Below, one piece after another: positions 18,250-27,130 of a stretch of 32,000 nt of DNA. The first letter of the stretch is position 1, and every line of letters begins with the position of its first letter. Both the position numbers and the translations under genes were made by a program. The notes beneath the pieces are model-generated. The model had not been told where the DNA came from and did no database searches. It was given only the letters and a program-made list of their open reading frames with translations. The stretch is from Candidatus Arthromitus sp. SFB-rat-Yit (GTDB lineage Bacteria > Bacillota > Clostridia > Clostridiales > Clostridiaceae), in NCBI RefSeq assembly GCF_000283555.1, contig NC_016012.1, positions 1,440,001 through 1,472,000 on the forward strand. The letters run 5' to 3'.

Positions 18250-18935
18250 TATTTCACCTCAAATTTATATCCTACACCCCAAACTGTTTCTATTTGCCAA
18301 TTCATTCCACCATTCAACTTTTCTCTAAGCCTTTTTATATGTACATCAACTGTCCTAGAATCCCCTGGATAATCATATCCCCAAACCTCACAAAGTAAAT
18401 TTTCTCTAGTGAAAACCTTATTTCTGTTTGAAGCCAAATAATGTAATAATTCAAATTCCTTAGGTGGCATTTTTATATCATTACCCTTAAAAATAACTGT
18501 ATACGAATTTATATCTATAATCAAATCTGTAAATAAAAGACTCTCTCTTATATAATTATCTGTATTAAATCTTCGCATCACAGCCTTTATTCTAGCTAAC
18601 AACTCTTTTGGTTCAAATGGTTTAACCATATAATCATCCGCTCCAAGTTCTAGAGCTAAACATTTATCAAATAACTCACCTTTAGCTGTAAGCATTATTA
18701 TAGGAACACTCGAATCTCTTCTAATCCATTTTAAAACCTCGGTGCCATCTAAAATAGGCATCATAATATCAAGTATTACTAAATTAGGTTTATAATCTGG
18801 AAAAATTTCTTGGACTTCTCTACCATCACTGCAAGACCTTATATCATAACCAGAGTTACCTAAATACATTTTTAAAACTTCTAATATGTTAACATCATCA
18901 TCTACTATTAGAACCTTAACTGCATTTCCGTCCAT
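18249..18935 (-). CDS. OmpR/PhoB-family response regulator
   Basis: Receiver domain with LIVDDD, phospho-acceptor in VILDIMMP, MLTAKG and VKPF. Winged-helix output domain (PPKEFELLHYL...RTVDVHIKRLREKL...VWGVGYKFE). RBS AAGGGAG. Confidence 0.9.
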   Translation of the reverse strand: MDGNAVKVLIVDDDVNILEVLKMYLGNSGYDIRSCSDGREVQEIFPDYKPNLVILDIMMPILDGTEVLKWIRRDSSVPIIMLTAKGELFDKCLALELGADDYMVKPFEPKELLARIKAVMRRFNTDNYIRESLLFTDLIIDINSYTVIFKGNDIKMPPKEFELLHYLASNRNKVFTRENLLCEVWGYDYPGDSRTVDVHIKRLREKLNGGMNWQIETVWGVGYKFEVK

Positions 18936-19111
18936 CTTAACACTCCCTTATTTTGTGAACATTTTTATTGTAATATATTATAAATTTTATTATTTAAAAC
19001 TCTTCTAACCGTAAACATATTTAAATTTGGTTAAATTCTATACTCTAAAAATAAAAATGCAACTAATCCTTCCTATAGTTTCCCATTTTTTTAAAAAAAT
19101 ATACTAATGAG

Positions 19112-20089
19112 TTAAAATTTACCAAACAAAGGACTTAAACTTCTACAATCATGTATTCTTCTTATAGCTTCTGCAAATATTGGAGCAACTGATAACATTT
19201 TAAATTTAACATTTTGTTCACACAAAGAAGATTGTGAAATAGTATTTAAAAACACTAGTTCTTTTATATCTGAATTATTTATCCTCTCTATCGCATCACC
19301 TGAAAACACCCCATGCGTACAACATGCATAAACTTCTTTTGTTCCAAGTTCCATTAACTTATTTGCTGCGTTAACAATAGTTCCAGCCGTATCTATCATA
19401 TCATCAACTAATATAGCTATCTTATTTTTAACTTCTCCAATTACAGTTAAAACTTCCGAAATATTTTGAGCAGGTCTTCTTTTATCTATAATAGCCATCG
19501 GTATATCTCCACTTAACTTTTCAGCAAATCCACGAGCCCTCTTAACACTACCAACATCCGGAGAAACTATAACTAATTCTCCACCAAATTCTTTTTTATC
19601 ATAGTACTTCGTAAGTACTGGTAATCCTAATAAATGATCAACCGGTATATTGAAATATCCCTGTATTTGAGGTGCATGTAAATCCATCGTAAGAACTCTA
19701 TGTGCCCCAGCTACAGTTATAATATCTGCTACCAATTTAGCTGTTATTGGGTCTCTCGATTTAGCTTTTCTATCTTGACGAGCATACCCATAATAAGGTA
19801 TAACTGCCGTAATCCTTCCTGCAGATGCTCTCTTTAACGCATCTATTATTATTAAAAGTTCCATTAAACTGTCATTTACCGTCATATCTTCTGTTGCACA
19901 AACAGATTGAACAACAAACACATCTTCTCCTCTAATTGTCTCGCTTATATCTACATTAATTTCTCCATCACTAAAATTTATAACTTTAGATTTTACAAGA
20001 GATGTATTTAAACACGTTGCTATATTTTTTGATAATTCATGATTCGAATTTCCCGCAATTATTTTTATGTTATTTATCTGCTCTATCAT
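19112..20089 (-). CDS. prs: Ribose-phosphate pyrophosphokinase
   Basis: 325 aa with YYGYARQDRK, VSPDVGSVKRAR and the PRPP loop ILVDDMIDTAGT. RBS GGAGGA. Confidence 0.95.
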   Translation of the reverse strand: MIEQINNIKIIAGNSNHELSKNIATCLNTSLVKSKVINFSDGEINVDISETIRGEDVFVVQSVCATEDMTVNDSLMELLIIIDALKRASAGRITAVIPYYGYARQDRKAKSRDPITAKLVADIITVAGAHRVLTMDLHAPQIQGYFNIPVDHLLGLPVLTKYYDKKEFGGELVIVSPDVGSVKRARGFAEKLSGDIPMAIIDKRRPAQNISEVLTVIGEVKNKIAILVDDMIDTAGTIVNAANKLMELGTKEVYACCTHGVFSGDAIERINNSDIKELVFLNTISQSSLCEQNVKFKMLSVAPIFAEAIRRIHDCRSLSPLFGKF

Positions 20090-20106
20090 TTAAAAGTTTC
20101 CTCCAA

Positions 20107-21468
20107 TTACTTTAATTTATTCGTTACCCAATTATCCTTATTAATCTGTTTACACCTACCAATAGCTAAACTATTTGATTTAACTTTCTCAGTAACAGTA
20201 GTTCCAGCAGCTACGTAAGAATTTTTTTCAATAACTACAGGTGCAATCAAATTTGAATTACAACCAATAAAACAATCATCACCTATAATAGTTTTATTTT
20301 TATCCTTACCATTATAATTTACAGTTATAGTAGAGCATCCTAAATTACATCTTTCTCCAACTTCAGAATCTCCAACATATGATAAATGTGAAATCTTTGT
20401 ACTGTTTCCAATTACAGAATTTTTAATTTCTACAAAATCTCCAACTCTAACTTTATTACCTATAAAAGACCCAGGTCTAATATAAGCAAAAGGTCCTATA
20501 TTAGTATTATTTCCTATCTTGGAATCTAAAATTATAGAGGCATCTATTACACAATTTTCACCAATATAACTATTGAATATTTTTGTATTTGGATATATTT
20601 CACTACCTTCTTTTATCAAAGTCTTTCCAGTAAGATACACATTTGGATGTATAATTACATCGCCCTCTATTTTAACATCAATATCTATGTAAGTAGAATT
20701 ACTATCTATAATTGTAACTCCTTCTTCCATATGTTTATCATTTATCTGTAATCTTAAAATATTATTGGCAATTGAGAGTTGTTTTCTTGTATCAACACCC
20801 ACAAGCTCATTTTCATCTATGCTAATACTTCCTACTTTTTTACCTTCATTGCTTAATATTTCAATTATATCGGTTAAATAAAACTCCCTTTGATTATTAT
20901 CTTTATTAATTTTTCGTATACCACTTTTTAAGTCATCTATTTTAAAACAATATATGCTTGAATTAACTTCATTTATCATAAGTTCTAATTCTGAACAATC
21001 CCTAGCTTCTTTAATGCATTTAATCTTATTTCCTTTTCTAATTATTCTTCCATATCTTAACGGATTACTTACTTTAGATGTAATAATTGTAGATGAATTA
21101 CCTTCGCTTACATGCTTTTCTATAAGTTTTTTGATGTTTTCTTCTTTTATAAGTGGCATATCGCAGGCAATAACTAAAATATTACCTAATTTGTTTCCCC
21201 AAAATTCTTCAGCACACAATACAGCATCAGCAGTCCCTATTTGATTTTCTTGCATAGAATAAGATACATTTTTATTGGTTATGGAATTGATTAAACTCTC
21301 CCTATATTCCCCAACAACTACGTTAATATCTTCTATTCCACACAACTCTAATTTACCTATTATTATGTTTATCATCTCTTTACCGCAAATTTTATGAGTA
21401 CCTTTATGACGCCTAGACTTCATTCTGCTTCCTTTACCTGCCGCAAGAATTATAGCACAAATATTCAT
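20107..21468 (-). CDS. glmU: Bifunctional UDP-GlcNAc pyrophosphorylase / GlcN-1-P acetyltransferase
   Basis: MNICAIILAAGKGSRMKS at the N-terminus and left-handed beta-helix hexapeptide repeats in the C-terminal half. I start at ATG 21468 (GAGGTG plus 6 nt). The track's 20-codon extension runs through the promoter. Confidence 0.9.
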   Translation of the reverse strand: MNICAIILAAGKGSRMKSRRHKGTHKICGKEMINIIIGKLELCGIEDINVVVGEYRESLINSITNKNVSYSMQENQIGTADAVLCAEEFWGNKLGNILVIACDMPLIKEENIKKLIEKHVSEGNSSTIITSKVSNPLRYGRIIRKGNKIKCIKEARDCSELELMINEVNSSIYCFKIDDLKSGIRKINKDNNQREFYLTDIIEILSNEGKKVGSISIDENELVGVDTRKQLSIANNILRLQINDKHMEEGVTIIDSNSTYIDIDVKIEGDVIIHPNVYLTGKTLIKEGSEIYPNTKIFNSYIGENCVIDASIILDSKIGNNTNIGPFAYIRPGSFIGNKVRVGDFVEIKNSVIGNSTKISHLSYVGDSEVGERCNLGCSTITVNYNGKDKNKTIIGDDCFIGCNSNLIAPVVIEKNSYVAAGTTVTEKVKSNSLAIGRCKQINKDNWVTNKLK

Positions 21469-21498
21469 AATAAACACCTCAAAGTTAATACTATTTCT

Positions 21499-21528
21499 AT
21501 TATAAATTAACATTGTTAATATTTGCAA
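21499..21528 (-). promoter_or_regulatory. Candidate sigmaA promoter for glmU-prs
   Basis: Minus strand reads TTGCAA (21523..21528), 18 nt, then TATAAT (21499..21504). It is about 30 nt upstream of the glmU ATG and just after the asnS terminator. Confidence 0.45.
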
Positions 21529-21532
21529 TAAT

Positions 21533-21564
21533 ATAAAAAAAGATAGTTAAATTTAACTATCTTT
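21533..21564 (-). terminator. Rho-independent terminator after asnS
   Basis: Perfect palindrome AAAGATAGTTAAA / TTTAACTATCTTT (21539..21564), an effective ~10-bp stem. On the minus strand a T-run follows. It begins 1 nt after the asnS stop. Confidence 0.65.
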
Positions 21565-21565
21565 C

Positions 21566-22954
21566 TTAAAATTCTGCATTCTGGGGTGTTCTTGGAAATG
21601 GTATAACATCTCTTATATTGCTCATTCCAGTTAAATACATAATAAGCCTCTCAAGTCCAAGACCAAATCCAGAATGCACAGTTTCTCCATATTTCCTTAA
21701 ATCCATATACCACCAATAATCTTCTTCATTAAGATTAAATTCCTGTATCCTATTTTTTAAAATATCATATCTTTCTTCTCTTTGACTACCTCCAATTATT
21801 TCACCAATTCCAGGTACTAAACAATCAAAAGAAGCTACAGTTTTATCATCATCATTTAATCTCATATAAAAAGCCTTTATATTTTTAGGGTAATTATATA
21901 GGAATATAGGTTTGTTGAAGTGCTCTTCTGTCAAATATCTCTCATGTTCTGATTGAAGATCAATTCCCCATTCAACTTTATATTCAAATTTCTTACCGCT
22001 TTTCAATAATATATCTATTGCATCATTATAAGTAACTCTATTAAATTCAGAATCAATAAGAGCAGTTAACTTACTTATCAATCCCCTCTCTACAAACTTA
22101 TCTAAAAACTCAATTTCATCTTTACATTTTTCAAGAACATATTTAATTGTATATTTCAACATATTTTCAGCTAAATCCATAGCTTCAAACATATTAACAA
22201 ATGCAGCTTCAGGTTCAATCATCCAAAACTCTGCAGCATGTCTTGATGTATTTGAGTTCTCAGCTCTAAAAGTTGGCCCAAAAGTATATACTTTACCTAA
22301 AGCAAGAGCCATAATCTCTCCCTCTAACTGTCCACTAACTGTTAGATTAGACATTTTTCCAAAAAAATCTTTAGAATACTCTACATCTCCAACTTCATTT
22401 TTAGGTATATTTTTAAAATCAAGCGTTGTTACTTTAAACATTTCTCCAGCACCTTCACAATCACTTGCTGTTATAATTGGAGAATTTATATATTCATATC
22501 CATTTTCTCTAAAAAATGAATGTATTGCATAAGATGCAACACTCCTTATTCTAAATACAGATAAAAATGTATACGTCCTCGGTCTTAAATGTCCTATACT
22601 TCTTAAATATTCAAAACTATGCCTTTTTTTCTGAAGAGGATAATCTTGATTTGAATTTCCTTCTAAAAATACATATGTAGCTTTTATTTCAAAAGGTTGT
22701 TTGTTTTCTGGTGTTAATATAACTACCCCTTCAATTTTAAGAGTTGATGAAATTATATACGAGCATATTTTTTCATAATTTTCCAAATTATTTTCTACGA
22801 CAATCTGCACATTCTTAAAAGAACTCCCATCATTCAATTCCAAAAAACCAATATTATTATTACTTCTTATACTTCTAAGCCATCCATAAATTGTAACATT
22901 TTTACCATTATATTTCTCATAATTTTTATATAATTCACTTACATTAATTTTCAA
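21566..22954 (-). CDS. asnS: Asparaginyl-tRNA synthetase
   Basis: 462 aa with class IIb motifs [21 protein letters not shown] and [27 protein letters not shown], plus an N-terminal OB fold. TTG start follows GGAGAGGA. Confidence 0.9.
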   Translation of the reverse strand: MKINVSELYKNYEKYNGKNVTIYGWLRSIRSNNNIGFLELNDGSSFKNVQIVVENNLENYEKICSYIISSTLKIEGVVILTPENKQPFEIKATYVFLEGNSNQDYPLQKKRHSFEYLRSIGHLRPRTYTFLSVFRIRSVASYAIHSFFRENGYEYINSPIITASDCEGAGEMFKVTTLDFKNIPKNEVGDVEYSKDFFGKMSNLTVSGQLEGEIMALALGKVYTFGPTFRAENSNTSRHAAEFWMIEPEAAFVNMFEAMDLAENMLKYTIKYVLEKCKDEIEFLDKFVERGLISKLTALIDSEFNRVTYNDAIDILLKSGKKFEYKVEWGIDLQSEHERYLTEEHFNKPIFLYNYPKNIKAFYMRLNDDDKTVASFDCLVPGIGEIIGGSQREERYDILKNRIQEFNLNEEDYWWYMDLRKYGETVHSGFGLGLERLIMYLTGMSNIRDVIPFPRTPQNAEF

Positions 22955-22977
22955 ATTTAATCCTCTCCTTTTAACTT

Positions 22978-23640
22978 CTAGGCATATATTTCATATGAAT
23001 TTATAAGTATTTCTGGAAAATTCATCATCTTCATATCTTTATTAATCTTAGAAAAAAAATGTTCACACTTCAAAATATTATAATTGTAAAAATTATTCGA
23101 AACTTCCAAAACCCCACAAGAAACTCCACCTATACTGGGTACTGGTTTTCCACAACTTCCAGGCATTATAATACATTTCTCTTTACTAAGTTTAATATTA
23201 TCCGGTATATGTTCATACCCACAAACCAAAATATCTTCTTGAATATCTTGGTTATTTATATAAGGATTTTTATGTACAAATTTTATATTTAACTCTCCAA
23301 AATTCATGCTTAATTCTAAAGGAAGGTTTGATAAATAGTATAAATTATTTTTTGTTAGTTCAGTTCTAGTAAAATCCACAGAAAAATTATTTATAGTATT
23401 TTCATTTATATGTGAAAAATCATTGTTAATAACAGCTGAGTCGTAGATACCTTTAATAGGTACTATATGCTTTCTTCTAATAAAATTTACTACCTCATTA
23501 GGGTGAGGTCCATATCCAACAATATCTCCCAAACACAAAATAATTTCCACGCATTCCTTTTCTAATAAATTGTAAATTTCCATTAAAGAATACAAATTTG
23601 AATGAATATTACTAATAATGCCTATTTTCAATAAATTCAC
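22978..23640 (-). CDS. Metallophosphoesterase-fold protein (YfcE/MJ0936-like) with substituted metal ligands
   Basis: Motif scaffold: IISNIHSN / LGDIVGYGP / KGIYDS / FVHKN / CGYEHIP / PGSCGKP. The track's GTG at 23640 is only 2 nt from AAGGGG. An alternative TTG at 23631 gives the family-typical N-terminus MKIGIIS. Confidence 0.65.
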   Translation of the reverse strand: MNLLKIGIISNIHSNLYSLMEIYNLLEKECVEIILCLGDIVGYGPHPNEVVNFIRRKHIVPIKGIYDSAVINNDFSHINENTINNFSVDFTRTELTKNNLYYLSNLPLELSMNFGELNIKFVHKNPYINNQDIQEDILVCGYEHIPDNIKLSKEKCIIMPGSCGKPVPSIGGVSCGVLEVSNNFYNYNILKCEHFFSKINKDMKMMNFPEILINSYEIYA

Positions 23641-23650
23641 AACCCCTTAA

Positions 23651-23677
23651 ATCAAAATAAAGAGGTTAAAAAACCTC
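23651..23677 (-). terminator. Weak hairpin terminator or attenuator after murC
   Basis: Minus strand reads GAGGTT-TTTT-AACCTC followed by TTTATTTTGAT. The stem is only 6 bp. Confidence 0.35.
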
Positions 23678-23684
23678 CTAAAAT

Positions 23685-25076
23685 CTACACATTCACAAAT
23701 TTATCACTTAATTCACAAATATTCCCCGCACCAACTACTAAAAATATATCTCCTCTTTCTCCCTTACATTTCATATAATCAACTGCATCATCGAAACTTT
23801 TAGCATAATGGCACTTCTGTCCAGTAGAAATTATTTTATCTTTTAAATCCTTAAATGTAATGTTCCATATATTTTTCTCTCTTGCTGCATATATATCAAA
23901 CAATATTACTTCTTCCACCCCATCAAAACTTTTCGAGAATTCATCGAGTAAAGTTAAAGTTCTACTATAGGTGTGAGGCTGAAAAAAACAATATATCTTA
24001 CCATTAGTTAATGATTTAGTCATATCTATAAGTGCCTTTATCTCAGTTGGGTGGTGTGCATAATCTTCAATAATTTTTATTCCATCTCTTTCGCCCTTCA
24101 TCTCAAATCTCCTCTTAGGAAGAGAAAAATCTAAAAGAGCTTTTTTCACATTAATCAAATCAAAGTCTAATATTAGTGAAAATGTAATGGCAGAAAGCGC
24201 ATTAAGAAGGTTATGATTTCCTATAACATTTATCCTAAAGCCATCATAAATTTTCTCTTTATATAAGACATCAAAACATATACTATCTCTAGTTTTTGAT
24301 ATATTAATCGCATTTACATCTCCACACCCTATACCATAGGATACTTTTTTACACTTTGCTTCATCTAATATATCTCCTATCAATTTATCAGAAGCGCAAT
24401 ATATAAGCCATCCATCATAAGGAATATTCTTCGCATATTCACAAAAAGCATCTTTTATATCATCTAAATCCTCATAACAATCTAAATGATCCTTATCTAT
24501 ATTAAGTATAACACCTATATCTGTTGAAAAATTTAAAAATGATTTCTTATATTCACAAGCTTCCATAAGTAAATAATCGCTTTTACCAATCTTAAAATTT
24601 CCACCTATTAAATCTAATTCTCCACCTATTAATATAGTAGGATCCAAATTATTGTACATCATAACATAACTAAATATAGATGTAGTTGTTGTTTTACCAT
24701 GAGTTCCGGATATAGTTATGCATTTATTATATTTCTTTGTTAATTCCCCTAAAAATTCCGATCTATTAATTACAGGTATTTTTCTTTTAATCGCTTCTTT
24801 AATTTCATTATTTTCATAACCAACAGCCGCAGTATGAACAACAATACCTATGTTGTTATCAATATTTTTAGAATTATGTTCTATTTTTATCTTACATCCC
24901 TTGTTTTCCAGATTAATTATTAATGGATTTTTGCAAATATCACTTCCTGAAACTTTAAATCCTCTATCTAATAAAATTGATGCTATTCCACTCATACTAA
25001 CTCCACCAATTCCAATCAAATGTATATATTGGTTATTTTTAATGATTCTATCTAAAAACATATCTCGCAAAAACAC
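23685..25076 (-). CDS. murC: UDP-N-acetylmuramate--L-alanine ligase
   Basis: IHLIGIGGVSMSGIA Rossmann N-terminus, P-loop ISGTHGKTTTTS and a Mur ligase C-domain. The GTG at 25076 abuts AAGGGG, so TTG at 25070 may be the real start. Confidence 0.9.
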   Translation of the reverse strand: MFLRDMFLDRIIKNNQYIHLIGIGGVSMSGIASILLDRGFKVSGSDICKNPLIINLENKGCKIKIEHNSKNIDNNIGIVVHTAAVGYENNEIKEAIKRKIPVINRSEFLGELTKKYNKCITISGTHGKTTTTSIFSYVMMYNNLDPTILIGGELDLIGGNFKIGKSDYLLMEACEYKKSFLNFSTDIGVILNIDKDHLDCYEDLDDIKDAFCEYAKNIPYDGWLIYCASDKLIGDILDEAKCKKVSYGIGCGDVNAINISKTRDSICFDVLYKEKIYDGFRINVIGNHNLLNALSAITFSLILDFDLINVKKALLDFSLPKRRFEMKGERDGIKIIEDYAHHPTEIKALIDMTKSLTNGKIYCFFQPHTYSRTLTLLDEFSKSFDGVEEVILFDIYAAREKNIWNITFKDLKDKIISTGQKCHYAKSFDDAVDYMKCKGERGDIFLVVGAGNICELSDKFVNV

Positions 25077-25246
25077 CCCTTAATTATATAGAACTTTTTA
25101 TAATTATATACATTTTTTACTAAAAAAAATACATATTTATTAAATAATGATATATTTTTTAAAAATATATTGTTATATCAATATATTTTTTATTTTTTTA
25201 CATAAACTAATTGCATAAATCGAAAAACTTTTTAGAGGTGAATTGA

Positions 25247-25519
25247 ATGCAAGTTACAGATGTTAAAATCAGAAAAATCACTAATGAAGGGAAAATGAAA
25301 GCTATAGTTTCAATAACTTTAGATAATGAATTTGTTGTTCATGATATAAAAGTTATTGAAGGAGAAAACGGTTTATTTATAGCTATGCCTAGTAGAAAAA
25401 CTCCTAGCGGAGAATTTAAAGATATAGCTCATCCTATCTCAACAGATGTAAGACAAAAATTTCAAACTGAGATATTAAAAAATTACAATATTGCACTAAG
25501 TGAACAATCTCAAATATAG
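25247..25519 (+). CDS. spoVG: Septation/sporulation regulator SpoVG
   Basis: [60 protein letters not shown] is near-invariant SpoVG. RBS AGAGGTGA. One of only two plus-strand genes. Confidence 0.9.
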   Translation: MQVTDVKIRKITNEGKMKAIVSITLDNEFVVHDIKVIEGENGLFIAMPSRKTPSGEFKDIAHPISTDVRQKFQTEILKNYNIALSEQSQI

Positions 25520-25566
25520 TTTGGTGTAAATTAGATTAATTTTAAACTATTCAAATAATAAATTAT

Positions 25567-25598
25567 AAAAAGACCACACATTTATGTGTGGTCTTTTT
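25567..25598. terminator. Bidirectional rho-independent terminator between convergent spoVG and pepA
   Basis: Stem AAAAAGACCACACA (25567..25580), loop TTTA, stem TGTGTGGTCTTTTT (25585..25598). A and T tracts on both sides allow function in both orientations. Confidence 0.7.
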
Positions 25599-25613
25599 AC
25601 ATGTTTTATAATT

Positions 25614-27059
25614 TTAAGCATTTTCGTTATTTTTACAAAAATTATATAACAACTCAACAATTGCTCCTGTTGCACCTTTTTTAGGTAATATTTTTGTAGA
25701 AAAATCATTCCACGCAACATAAGCTATATCTATATGTGCCCATGGTTTATTTAATACAAATTCTCCAACAAATAATCCAGCTGTTATAGTTCCCCCATAT
25801 CTTCCACCAATATTTTTATAATCAGCAACATCTGACTTAAGCAGTGATAAATATTCTTTATCTGCAGGTAATCTCCATATGCTATCTACAGTGTTTTTAC
25901 TTGCATTATTTAATTCATCAAATATATTCTCATCGTTATCTATAACAGCTGCGTATTTAGTTCCAAGTGCTATTCCGCATGCTCCTGTTAATGTTGCAAT
26001 ATCTATTATTAAATCAGAATTTAAATTTTTAGCTGCATAATAAACTCCATCCGCAAGAGCTAATCTTCCTTCTGCATCTGTAGATATAACCTCAATAGTT
26101 TTCCCTGAAAGCGACCCTATTACATCCCCTGGTTTAAATCCATTTCCATTTATCATATTTTCACATGTAGGTATTACACCAAAAATATTTACTCTCAAAT
26201 TTTGTTTTGCTACTAAAGTCATTAAAGATAAAACGCTTGCTGCACCTGCCATATCACATTTCATAGTTACCATTCCGTCAGAACTTTTTATAGAATATCC
26301 ACCAGAATCATATGTCAAGCCTTTACCAACAAATGATATAACCTTGTCCTTTTCATTTCCTCCAAAGTATTTCATAACAATAAATCTTGGTTTATTAACA
26401 GATGCCTTACCAACCTCATACAATGCTTTTAAACTATTTTGTTTTATCCAATTTTCATCATATACATCGATATCTATATTTAAATCTTTAACTTGTTCAA
26501 TACACCTATTTCCAAATTCTTCTGGTGTTAAAAAATTCGATGGCTCATTTACTAAATCTCTGGTTAAATTTATCGCATCCTTTATATTTAATAATTCATC
26601 TAAATCTTCATTTTTATTTGCATAAATGTAGATATTAAATTTTGAATTCTCTGATTTTTTTGTTATATATTTATCAAATTTATAACAACATGCATTACAA
26701 GCTAAAATAATAGCCTTTAGCATATTCCTATCGTCAAAATTAGTACATTCAATAGGATAAAATAAAACATCCCCTACTAAGTTTGTTTTCATTTCTTCAA
26801 AAACCGAAACTACTGATTTATAAAAATATTCATATGTTAATTCACTTTTTTTACCTAATCCCATAAATACAATCTGAAAAATTTCATCTGCATCGTTCTT
26901 ATTGAATAAGTAGTGAGTTCCTTTTTTACCTTCAAACAATTTTTGTTTTTTTAATTTATTTAATACATCCCCATATTTAAATATTTCACAATCTTCAAAA
27001 CAAGGTATAATTTCTACCTGATATTTTTTATCCAACTTACTAATTAGTTTAAATTCCAT
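25614..27059 (-). CDS. pepA: Leucyl aminopeptidase (M17 family)
   Basis: NEPSNFLTPEEF, VGKGLTYDSGGYSIK, KCDMAGAA and STDAEGRLALAD. 481 aa. RBS AAGGAGA. Confidence 0.85.
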   Translation of the reverse strand: MEFKLISKLDKKYQVEIIPCFEDCEIFKYGDVLNKLKKQKLFEGKKGTHYLFNKNDADEIFQIVFMGLGKKSELTYEYFYKSVVSVFEEMKTNLVGDVLFYPIECTNFDDRNMLKAIILACNACCYKFDKYITKKSENSKFNIYIYANKNEDLDELLNIKDAINLTRDLVNEPSNFLTPEEFGNRCIEQVKDLNIDIDVYDENWIKQNSLKALYEVGKASVNKPRFIVMKYFGGNEKDKVISFVGKGLTYDSGGYSIKSSDGMVTMKCDMAGAASVLSLMTLVAKQNLRVNIFGVIPTCENMINGNGFKPGDVIGSLSGKTIEVISTDAEGRLALADGVYYAAKNLNSDLIIDIATLTGACGIALGTKYAAVIDNDENIFDELNNASKNTVDSIWRLPADKEYLSLLKSDVADYKNIGGRYGGTITAGLFVGEFVLNKPWAHIDIAYVAWNDFSTKILPKKGATGAIVELLYNFCKNNENA

Positions 27060-27130
27060 TTAAAAATCTCCTTAAAAAATAAGATGCATATTTAGTAGTT
27101 TCCTAACCAAAATAACACAAGGTGATTATA

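Noticed and set aside
18936-19111. 176-nt gap between prs and the response regulator as a possible sRNA or leader peptide
   Set aside because: It contains only an imperfect terminator-like hairpin with a T-run (after prs) and AT-rich promoter-like DNA. The longest minus-strand ORF is 7 codons. I cannot support a structured RNA by eye.
21469-21528. 20-codon N-terminal extension of glmU in the ORF track (MQILTMLIYNRNSINFEVFI)
   Set aside because: The extension covers the candidate TTGCAA-18-TATAAT promoter and has no RBS. The internal ATG at 21468 has GAGGTG at ideal spacing and gives the family-typical MN.CAIILAAGKGSRM start.
22955-22977. Looked for a T-box leader or other riboswitch upstream of asnS, and for leaders upstream of hpt, glmU and prs
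   Set aside because: The asnS gap is only 23 nt and contains just an RBS. No intergenic region here is long or GC-structured enough for a T-box or a purine or glmS-type element.
25147-25218. 23-codon hydrophobic mini-ORF (MIYFLKIYCYINIFFIFLHKLIA) on the plus strand in the murC-spoVG intergenic region
   Set aside because: It has no RBS and lies in pure A/T promoter DNA where such ORFs arise by chance. It overlaps the inverted repeat and the likely promoter elements.
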